The notes under the pieces were generated by a model, which had not been told where the DNA came from, did no database searches, and saw only the letters and a list, made by a program, of their open reading frames with translations. Positions 11,541 to 21,696 of a DNA stretch of 64,000 nt are shown piece by piece (positions within the stretch are counted from its first letter, which is position 1; every line of letters begins with the position of its first letter). A program made the translations under genes and the position numbers. Origin of the DNA: Macrostomum lignano (lineage: Eukaryota); the NCBI GenBank assembly GCA_002269645.1, contig NIVC01001660.1, positions 62,001-126,000 on the forward strand, written 5' to 3'.

Positions 11541-12753
11541 GGTCCAAAGCGGTACCGGAGTCAGTCTCCCCACGGAAGAGGAGCGCTCCGAAAAGGAAGC
11601 TTTAGATAGTCTTCCTAGTCACCAAGTCAATCGAGACTCGGTCGAGTTGTTGCGGTAAGCCTTGCTCATTTGCGCCAGTTGTTGAGTCGACTCACTATTG
11701 TTATAGTGCTAGAGTCTGTTGAGACTCTTGAGTCCATTTGAGACTCCATTGGTTGTAGTCACCCGAAGGACTACCCTAATAGATCTTAGAGGATCTATTA
11801 GAGATTACCGGAGCAATACCTAGAGTGCATTGAGGCACTGCTAGAAAAAGAAGGCTTAAGCGAAACCGCATTACGGCGCAGGGATCCCATTGTTGATACG
11901 AGGCCTCTGATTGGTCCTGACTGCAGATACCGGCCGGAAACCCCTTCATCGGAAGTACAAGAAGAAGCAGGACCCGAACAACAGATTCAAATCAATTCTT
12001 CCGGAAGAATAACTGGCACAAAGAAGCTAGAAGTGATTGTTCCTTGATTACTAAGTAGGTCTTGGTAGTAAGGAACACATCAGAATGATACTTCGTCGAA
12101 AGACCATTTCGGAAAAAAGCGCGACCCATTTAAAGTGACTTACGATGAGGCTTGAATTTCTGATTCTGGTTGAACAGTACAAAACTTGTATCATTTTATT
12201 AACGTTTTTCTGGAACACAAAAACAAATCCGTGAGAAGTTTTACAGATCTGCCAACAGTACATACAAAGAGTCGCCGTGTTTATAAAAAAGCATTTGTGT
12301 ACAAGCAGAAATCCTTGTAGAGTTTGGATCAGCTTCATAGGTTTAATGTAACTGGCTGATGCATGCATTTGCATAATAAATGCCCCAGCTAGATACTTCC
12401 ACAAGCGTATTATAAAGGCAAAACTATACGCGAACTGGTGTTCGGTTTGACAGGTTGACAGAATTGTATCGGACACTAAGCAATAACATGGGTTAACACC
12501 TTGTTGAGTTGGTAATGACCGCAGACATCTAGTTGGTTTTGATTAATGACCTGCTATATTCTACCGTAGGAATTAATATCTCGATGTTAGTCAAAATATG
12601 CTTTAAATTTCGAAGATTAGGAGTAGGAAAAACGAGACGGACAGACAGACGCTGCCACAGTTTCAACAATCGAACTTCTGCTAAAATAACACAACAAAGG
12701 TTGGCATTCACACCCTGCTGGTAAGTGACGCACAGTTGCCACAGAAGAGATTA

Positions 12754-14921
12754 TCACAGATGCAAAACTTCGGAAGAACTGCGGGAAGTCTCGCCGGTGT
12801 TTGCTGCAGCAGCATGGCCTGGTAACAAAAAGTGCCTCGACTGCTGCTGCTGCCGCTGCGGCGGAGGCGGGGGCGGCATGTGGGCAAACGTAGGCGGAAA
12901 AGTCGGCAGCGGAACGCTGACGCTGGCTGAAGGAGCCGCCGGTGCCCCAAAGGAAGTGGAGGACGGTGGCAAACTGGCCACAGCAGCAGCGGAGGAGGCG
13001 GCGGCGGCGCAGTTGGACAGGAAGGCGGCTGGCGGCTGCGACTGCAGCAGCTGAACGGCCAGGGCGCAGTCGGCACGGCAGCGATCGGCCTCTTGGCGGG
13101 CAGCGGCTGCGGCAGCGTCGGCTTCGTCGAGGCGCTGCCGGCTGTCGGCCTGGCGACTCTCGGACTCGCTGAGCCGCTCGGCCATGCCAAGCAGGCGCTC
13201 CTCCAGGCTGCTGTTAAGTCGGCCGAGCTTCTTGTGCGACTCAAGCAAACGGTCGTAGCGGTCCCGGAGCCGGCACAGCTCCTCCTGGCGGGTGCGGCGG
13301 GTGGCCAGGTTGAGAGACTGCTCAAAAGTGTGAAAAGTTCAAACCCAGTGATTGACAGACAGTAAACCCGATGAAGACGGTACCCAGGCCAAGAAGCATC
13401 CCAGAGTCACTTGTGTCGACTCAAAGTCGTTGCAGATGGCACAGGTAACATAGGAAAGAACTGACTCTAGACAACTCTCTAACGACGAGATGTCACGTTA
13501 CAAGTTGCCTAAGAGTCACTTTAAACCGTTTTATTGACTGCGACTTTGAAACCACTCTGAAGTTGTAAAGCCGTATTTGAGGCGTACCGGTAACTGAGTT
13601 GCGTTTGAAGCGCAGCCACGCCTCTAAGCGCAAAAGTTAAGCGCCAACACAATGATTCTTTCGCGACGCTCTTACGATTCTACAGGTCACGTGACGCGCT
13701 TGGGACGCAACTGTCGCCTCTCCGTTGCATGATAATCACAAGAGTCGCTAGAGTCAGACACGGGTGAAAATGAAGTCAAGAATGACAGAATCAGGTAGGA
13801 TACAGAGTGACACCTGCACCACTCACCTGCAGCCGATGCTGATCTTTTGAACGCGCCTCAGTCTCCGCCTGCAGCTGGGCCTCCAGCCGGGAGATGCTGG
13901 CCTGCTGGTTGCGCGCCAAGTTGCGCAGCTTCTCGATCTCCTCCTGCTGAAAGGCGAAGCTGCGGGGGAGGCGAAATTTCGATACAGCAATGGTTGCTGG
14001 GGGCGAACAGGTGCTTAAAAACAAATACTTGCTTGATAAAATACATAACAATAACTGTTGTTTGATGTGTTCACCGGGAAGATTGAGGCTAAGTGTCAGA
14101 CACCTGGAAGATTGACGCTGTCTGAAGTGTCAGACACCTGGAAGATTGACGCTGTCTGAAGTGTCAGACACCTGGAAGATTGGGGCTGTCTGAAGTGTCA
14201 GACACCTGGAAGATTGGGGCTGTCTGAAGTGTCAGACACCTGGAAGATTGACGCTGTCTGAAGTGTCAGACACCTGGAATATTGGGGCTGTCTGAAGTGT
14301 CAGACACCTGGAAGATTGGGGCTGTCTGAAGTGTCAGACACCTGGAAGATTGGGGCTGTCTAAAGTGTCAGACACCTGGAAGATTGACGCTGTCTGAAGT
14401 GTCAGACACCTGGAAGATTGGGGCTGTCTGAAGTGTCAGACACCTGGAAGATTGGGGCTGTCTAAAGTGTCAGACACCTGGAAGATTGGGGCTGTCTGAA
14501 GTGTCAGACACCTGGAAGATTGACGCTGTCTGAAGTGTCAGACACCTGGAAGATTGGGGCTGTCTGAAGTGTCAGACACCTGGAAGATTGGGGCTGTCTA
14601 AAGTGTCAGACACCTGGAAGATTGGGGCTGTCTGAAGTGTCAGACACCTGGAAGATTGGGGCTGTCTGAAGTGTCAGACACCTGGAAGATTGGGGCTGTC
14701 TGAAGTGTCAGACACCTGGAAGATTGGGGCTGTCTGAAGTGTCAGACACCTGGAAGATTGGGGCTGTCTGAAGTGTCAGACACCTGGAAGATTGGGGCTA
14801 CCTAATTTATAACGTCTCACATTAGAAGTGCTCGCACTTACCCGCCAGAACTGGAGCAGTTCTGACACGGGCAGCCGCACTCAGAGCAGTGAGTGACACC
14901 TTTTGAGTAGTTGCTGGTCAT
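12754..14921 (-). CDS. TJAP1/BEGAIN-family coiled-coil protein (~258 aa)
   Basis: Exons 14842-14921 (MTSNYSKGVTHCSECGCPCQNC), 13827-13959 (FAFQQEEIEKLRNL) and 12754-13317 (RDRYDRLLESHKKLGRLNSSLEERLL...RCRADCALAVQLLQ), all with GT-AG sites and compatible phases. RxDCxLAxQLLQ is characteristic of TJAP1/BEGAIN. The exon 3 acceptor is less certain. Confidence 0.7.
13395..13760 (+). mobile_element. Dispersed ~350-bp non-coding repeat, copy 1
   Basis: Shares blocks with the reverse complement of 47865-48165: catcccagagtcacttg-gtcg-ctca--gtcgttgcag, aaagtt-agcgc-aac-caa-gattctt and ttacgattcta. Confidence 0.6.
14088..14799. repeat. 34-bp minisatellite (~21 copies) in TJAP1-like intron 1
   Basis: Unit gtcagacacctggaagattggggctgtctgaagt; each junction forms a tgtctga/tcagaca mini-hairpin. 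Confidence 0.95.
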
Positions 14922-15712
14922 TGAGAATGTCAGCAATTTTCTGATCTGTCTGTCTTCTGCTTGCTGGTTTGTTATCCTTCAAATAAGCAAGTTCAGACAA
15001 CGCTACAATAAGTTGTATTGAGGCATTTCAGAAAAGGGTGTTTAGGCGTTACAGATTAAGAAATAATCAATATGATATTAACACTAGTCTGAGATGGTGT
15101 ACATGTACCCAAAACTAGATGAGATCAAGGCTATGCAATTTGTTGCATAGTTTACTCTCTCTACTCTATTCACTCCTCACTATTCACTCTATTCACTAAT
15201 TACAGCTTACTAATTTCAGACCTCAAGGATCGCACATTTTGTTCACTAATCATAGATCACTCTTGTCACTTTTTACGAACTTAAAAATCACATAGCCACA
15301 CAATCACATACGATTAAGAACAAATAAATGCAAACAGAGTCCAAATCAAGAACAAACAAAGTGGACGCGCAATTGCTTTTGAAATTGCACGCTATTTTAT
15401 TGGTTCATTTGCTGTAACCATTACCAACCGGCTACAAAAATGCGACACACAACGCCGTTTTCTTTCCTAATAAAAAGATGTTTTCGCGTCAGCTGGCAAA
15501 ATTTTGAACAACAAAACAGGCATATCAGCTGAACACCCACAGAAGGTGGAAACCGGTACAACAAGCTATTTTTATACTAACGGCGACTATTGACAGACAG
15601 TATAAGTGACAATGCAAAGAGATGACGAGAAGTTCGAAAAATATTAATATATAGCAAAACGGTCCTGGCATAAAAGTTTGATTGACGCCAGACGCCAGGG
15701 TAAACTACATGA

Positions 15713-16615
15713 TTAGGCGTCGCAGAATTTCTTCGCCTCGGCCAGGAAGCGCAGGTAGAGCCGGTGCTCCTCGGCGGTGCAGAACTGCACCAGACTGTGC
15801 TCGAATTCCCGGGTGACGCCGCGGTGCACCAGCATCTCGGCCAGCTGCTTGTACAGATCGTCGTTCAGCATGTCGGCCTCGAGCTCGTACTCGCCCAGGC
15901 TGTCGCCGCCGCTGACGCCTTCAACTGCCACGGTGTCGATGGACAGAGTGGGATAGTCGGGCTCCTCAGCCGCCATCTGCCTGCTGATGTTGATGGGCGG
16001 GAAGCTGCATCGGACAGTCAGGCAGGCTGGGGTGGCCGGCTTGCGGACACGGAAGGTCAAATCCGGCCGGGCCAAGATCTCTTCGCCATCCTCGGACGAG
16101 TTGCCGTCCTGGTTGGCGTCGGGTCCAGGGGCGTCTTCGTGGTCGTCAACGGCGGACTCGGCATCGGGGGAAGCGGTGGAGCCGTTAAGGTCGAAGCTGA
16201 CCTCTAGAAGGGAGCCGTCCTCCGGGCACTGGCGGGTCAGGGTCATCTGGGTGCCGCTGCGAGCGGTCACGGTGAAGCCGGGGGGCGGCTGCGAGGCCCG
16301 CTGGCTTGGCTGCTGGCGGGACTGCTGCTGCTGCTGCTGGTCGGAAGCGCGCTCGTACTGCAGCTCGCTGTCCAACAGAGAGCTCAGTTTAGCGTCGTGG
16401 CTGCTGCTGGTTGCTAGGCAACGACTAATCGGAGATGAAGCGATCGCGGAGACTGGCAACAGAGGAGGAGCCGCAGGCCGAGACAGCTGCTGTAGCGTTG
16501 GGCAGCGGCGGTGGGCGCCAATGGTTGAGAGGCGCGGCAGGAGGGCGCGCGAAATGCGAGTGAGATGCTGCATGACTGAGGTGATGAGGCTTCGCACATG
16601 CAAAAAGAGGGGCAT
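15713..16615 (-). CDS. C1QBP: Mitochondrial acidic glycoprotein p32/MAM33 (C1QBP), intronless
   Basis: Arg/Ser-rich presequence, LSSLLDSELQYE, PPGFTV, acidic loop, and C-terminal LNDDLYKQLAEMLVHRGVTREFEHSLVQFCTAEEHRLYLRFL typical of the MAM33 family. The start may be the ATG at 16615 or the downstream MQHL ATG. Confidence 0.85.
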   Translation of the reverse strand: MPLFLHVRSLITSVMQHLTRISRALLPRLSTIGAHRRCPTLQQLSRPAAPPLLPVSAIASSPISRCLATSSSHDAKLSSLLDSELQYERASDQQQQQQSRQQPSQRASQPPPGFTVTARSGTQMTLTRQCPEDGSLLEVSFDLNGSTASPDAESAVDDHEDAPGPDANQDGNSSEDGEEILARPDLTFRVRKPATPACLTVRCSFPPINISRQMAAEEPDYPTLSIDTVAVEGVSGGDSLGEYELEADMLNDDLYKQLAEMLVHRGVTREFEHSLVQFCTAEEHRLYLRFLAEAKKFCDA

Positions 16616-16721
16616 AGCAGAGATGCTTGAGCATAGGTTATTGATAGACTTGAAAATCAAGTCACCTACTGTACACTGCAGACTAATTTAGGGGCTCCAT
16701 CAGTAGAGGAGAATTAGGGAA

Positions 16722-17340
16722 GATTCTGGAGGAGAATAAGGGACGAATCTGGAGGAGAATTAGGGAAGATTCTGGAGGAGAATTAGGGAAGATTCTGGAG
16801 GAGAATTAGGGAAGATTCTGGAGGAGAATCAGGGACGAATCTGGAGGAGAATTAGGGACGAATCTGGAGGAGAATTAGGGACGAATCTAGAGGAGAATTA
16901 GGGACGAATCTAGAGGAGAATTAGGGACGAATTTAGAGGAGAATTAGGGACGAATCTGGAGGAGAATTAGGGACGAATCTAGAGGAGAATTAGGGACGAA
17001 TCTGGAGAAGAATTAGGGACGAATCTAGAGGAGAATTAGGGACGAATCTAGAGGAGAATTAGGGACGAATCTGGAGAAGAATTAGGGACGAATCTAGAGG
17101 AGAATTAGGGACGAATCTAGAGGAGAATTAGGGACGAATCTGGAGAAGAATTAGGGACGATCTAGAGGAGAATTAGGGACGAATCTAGAGGAGAATTAGG
17201 GACGAATCTGGAGGAGAATTAGAGAAGATTCTGGAGGAGAGGGAAGATTCTGGAGGAGAATTAGGGAAGATTCTAGGGAGAATTTGGGACAACTCTGGGG
17301 GAGAATTCGGGGTGATTATTCGGGAGAATCAGGGACGATT
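16722..17340. repeat. 23-bp minisatellite containing TTAGGG
   Basis: Unit aatctggaggagaattagggacg, between EMC3 and C1QBP. Confidence 0.95.
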
Positions 17341-18324
17341 CTAAAGAAAAAACAGGGGACTATGAATAATAGTTTATATAGAAATCTTAGCTATTGTACA
17401 CAACAGACTCTAAAAACTGTAAAAAGTGATAATAAATCAATAATAAACGGTGAAAAATGAAATCGTCACACAGACAGTAGATAAACAATATATTTCAAGA
17501 CAACAGCAATATAGAGGTGCCTATTATAACTCTGACAAGTTATCCAGAATGACAACACAAAGTTGGGATAATATAGTTAAACAACATTCATTTTAATTCA
17601 ATGGCAATTGACATTAAATCAAGTTTTTTAGCAGCCAAAAATGAAGTTCTAAACTAGCTGATAATAGTCTTAACTCTCCAGCCAGCCATATTCAACCCAA
17701 ACTTCGACGAATTTCTATGGCCAAAACTGACTTTGGTGGACTCTCCAGTTTCATTTCCACAGCGGGCATGACTTGTCTGAATTTAACTGCCCTATCTGTG
17801 TCTGTGCCATAGACCACAGAGTGTTTTGACCATAGACTAAAAAGAAACATTAGTTGACTATGATTGGTAGTATCCCCCCTTTGGGCCATAGACAATTAAA
17901 AAGACAGTCCTCAATAGATTAACTCTCCCACTGAGGAATAAACCTTCTGATGCCGTTCACTTAGAGTGCAAAAATTAAACGCGTACTCATCTGACAAGGA
18001 GTTGACAGAAACTACAGTTTCCTTAATAGAGTTCATAGATAGAATTAAACACAGATAGAAAACAACGTCACTTGATGGCGATAAAACTTCTTGACCAGTC
18101 CAGTCCTTGGACTGAACAGCCATAGCTGCGGCTGAGCTGTCGATTGCACATCTGGCCCAATTAAGGCAGGTGCAATCAATTATTTTATTACTCTAGTAGT
18201 AGTCATAGCAGCAGTGTCTTATCGCCATCAGATAATGTTATTCGCAGTGAGAATTAAATCGCGAGAGAGAAACACACAAGCAAATCTCAATCAATCAGCA
18301 TCACCACCCCATCTCCTAGCCTCG

Positions 18325-20721
18325 CTATTTTCCGCGCTTCCGCCCGCTGCCAGGAGAGACAGCGGCGCCGCCCCTGGGGCCGCCGCGGCCGATTAGCGCG
18401 GCCGGAGCATCTTCGGCGGCCCCGGTGATCAGCAGGTCGTCGCTGAGACCGCCGCTGCCGCTACTGCCAATCAGCGACTCGACAACATTCTCTAGGGCCC
18501 AATTGTGCTCCACAATCTCCAGGGTCTCCCATTCGGCTTTGAAAGCTTTGTTAGCGTCAAAGCCTTGGCCGCCGGCGGCCCCGCCCGGGTTCATCATCAT
18601 GTTGTCCTGCATCAGGCGGGCCTGCGGGCAGGGAATTCAATTAAATAACTTACCATATATATAAAACTACTGTACTGAATGAGGCTACTGAAAGTAGGCT
18701 GGAAATATTAGCCAATACGCAAAACTTAAGGCACCCGTCTGTAAAGCTAAGCATTAGGTTGCTGTAAATCTAGGGCCCCTGTTGCTGTAAATCTAGGATC
18801 CTGTTGCTGTAAATCTAGGGCCCCTGTTGCTGTAAATCTAGGATCCTGTTGCTGTAAATCTAGGGCCCCTGTTGCTGTAAATCTAGGATCCTGTTGCTGT
18901 AAATCTAGGATCCTGTTGCTGTAAATCTAGGGCCCCTGTTGCTGTAAATCTAGGATCCTGTTGCTGTAAATCTAGGGCCCCTGTTGCTGTAAATCTAGGA
19001 TCCTGTTGCTGTAAATCTAGGAACCTGTTGCTGTAAATCTAGGATCCTGTTGCTGTAAATCTAGGGCCCCTGTTGCTGTAAATCTAGGATCCTGTTGCTG
19101 TAAATCTAGGGCCCCTGTTGCTGTAAATCTAGGGCCCCTGTTGCTGTAAATCTAGGATCCTGTTGCTGTAAATCTAGGGCCCCTGTTGCTGTAAATCTAG
19201 GATCCTGTTGCTGTAAATCTAGGGCCCCTGTTGCTGTAAATCTAGGATCCTGTTGCTGTAAATCTAGGATCCTGTTGCTGTAAATCTAGGGCCCCTGTTG
19301 CTGTAAATCTAGCATCCTGTTGCTGTAAATCTAGGAACCTGTTGCTGTAAATCTAGGATCCTGTTGCTGTAAATCTAGGAACCTGTTGCTGTAAATCTAG
19401 GAACCTGTTGCTGGGTTGCTGGGACCTGGGTCCTAGTGATGCAAATATACGGCGCGCTGCTGTAAATCTTTAGCACGATGCTGTAAACCTACGGAGATAT
19501 GCTGTAAACCTACGGAGATATGCTGTAAACCTACGGAGATATGCTGTAAACCTACGGAGATATGCTGTAAACCTACGGAGATATGCTGTAAACCTACGGA
19601 GATATGCTGTAAACCTACGGCGCCATGCTGTAAACCTACGGCGCCATGCTGTAAACCTACGGCGCCATGCTGTAAATCTACAGCGTGTAAACCTACGGAG
19701 CCATGCTGTCATCAAAGGTCTAAAGGCAAAGTCTCACCTGATCGGCGCTATTATCGGCGCCCAGTACAAGCGTGTAGACGCTGCGCAGGCCGAAGATGTT
19801 GAGAAAATACCAGCTAGCAGAGCTGACCCAGCTGGCGTCCAGGCTGACCAAAGACTCGCAGCCGCGCTGCAGCATGGGCTTGAAACGGTAGGTCAGCGGG
19901 AACGGCACCTTGGTGGTGAGGAAGCCGGAGAAGGCCCAGTTAATCCAGCCGCCAATCACCAGCATGGGGATCATGTTCAATACGTTGCCTTTGACCATCT
20001 CCGTCATCATTGACGGGTCCGTCATTGGATTCTTCATCATGGCGTTTTCGCGTTTCACTGTCTTGAAGAAGCCGTGCTCGGGATCGTTGAAGTAGTACTT
20101 GCGGCTGGCGAATGCCTGCCTGGGGATGTAGTTGGCGTTCTCTCGGAGCAGCCGGCTGCGCATCAGCACCTGCGCAGCGAGGGATGGGCGGCTCCAGGTA
20201 AGGGATGCGATTCTCGCGGCTGGATGGGGCGGATCTCAGAGGCGATTGGGGGGGGGCGGTTAGGCGGTGGGGCAGATCTCAGGTGCGGTTGGGGGGGGGC
20301 GGATCTCAGGGCCGGTTGGGGGGATCTTAGGGCCGGTTGGGGGGGCGGATCTCAGGGCCGGTTGGGGGGGGCGGATCTTAGGGCCGGTTGGAGGGGGGCG
20401 GATCTCAGGGTCGGTTGGGGCGGATCTTAGGGTGCAGTGGTTAGAAACGGATTTCAGGGGCCGTTAAAGCTGTTCTTGAGGCAATAAATTTGAGAAGCTA
20501 AACAAGTCTAGACTACTATGGAGCAGAGGCAGACAACTAAAAAAAATAAAATCACAAGCGGAACCCACCTGCTGATCGGAGACCTGCTCGGGCTCCGCCT
20601 TTTTCTCTGCGCTAATCAAAATAGTGACGTAGTGGCGAATCACTCCGAATAGAAAGGTGATGATGACCAGGGGCAGGAACACCCACATGCGGATGGCCGA
20701 GTCCAGAAGCAGCTCAGCCAT
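18325..20721 (-). CDS. EMC3: ER membrane protein complex subunit 3 (TMEM111), 293 aa
   Basis: Exons 20569-20721, 19738-20169 and 18325-18621, all GT-AG and phase 0. Motifs [83 protein letters not shown]. Confidence 0.95.
18756..19710. repeat. Two related minisatellites (22/23-bp and 21-bp) in EMC3 intron 2
   Basis: taggatcctgttgctgtaaatc and tagggcccctgttgctgtaaatc (18756-19412), then atgctgtaaacctacggagat (19478-19710); both share gctgtaaa. Confidence 0.95.
20205..20460. repeat. G-tract degenerate repeat in EMC3 intron 1
   Basis: Repeated gggcggatctcagggccggttgggggg. Confidence 0.8.
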
Positions 20722-20809
20722 GGTGCCAGCTGGAATGTAAAAAAATTTTTTTTTAGATCTGACCCTAAGCTGATCATTTCGGGCTGCCATCCGCAATTAG
20801 CGATTCTCA

Positions 20810-21215
20810 ACTATCACCTGGGATTAACGATCTTCGATTATCATCTGGGATTACCGATACTCGATTATCACCTGGGATTAACGATACTCGATTATCACCT
20901 GGGATTACCGATACTCGATTACCACCTGGGATTAACGATACTGAATTATCGCCTGGGATTAACGATACTCAATTATTCCCCAGGATTACCGATCCTTAAG
21001 TATCACCTGGTATTAAAGGTCCTTAATTATCAGCTGGGACTAATGGTCCCTAATTATTTTCAAGGATTAAAGATCCTCATCACCTGGTATTAGAGATCCT
21101 GAATTATCAGCTGGGATTAACAATCCCTAATTGTCACCTGGAATTAACGATACTCGATAATTAACATAGGACTAACGATTCTCAATTATCAATCAGGATT
21201 ATCATCGAGTCTCAC
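20810..21215. repeat. 27-bp decaying minisatellite in the OTC-EMC3 spacer
   Basis: Unit gattatcacctgggattaacgatactc; period 27 checked at 20821, 20848 and 20875. Confidence 0.85.
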
Positions 21216-21696
21216 CCGAAATTACCAAAATCCAAACTATATTTTGCATTAACTCCCTGATAGTCAAAAGCTTTAATATTTAAGTAAACAATAAAAAACA
21301 CAGAGTTATTATCATTCCATCCACCATGTACCTTAAAGAATCATTTTATTTTAAAAAATATACTGCCAAGCTTACCATAAAAAGCGAAGAAAGTAAAAAG
21401 CACAGAACAAATATTTGGAAGACTATTGACTAGTAGTCACAGTGAAATGACTCACAATAAAAGTTGTGATAAAAATTCCGGTCACCAATTAATAAAAAGC
21501 TAACCAAAAAATTCTCGAAATCATTGACAACCAACCAACAAGACTTAATCAAGCACCTGAGAAAACCAGTTGACTAGTTAAGGAAAAAGGTGGACTAATA
21601 CAGGGCCTTGAGATTCAATATGTCACAATTAGTGTTAAAGCAATTCTGCCGAAGATAATGTCAATAAAAAGGCAAACTATAAAAATAACAGAGTGC

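Noticed and set aside
14088-14799. CRISPR-like appearance of hairpin-containing 34-bp repeats (also the 31-, 37- and 48-bp arrays)
   Set aside because: Units are head-to-tail with no unique spacers, there are no cas genes, and the context is eukaryotic introns.
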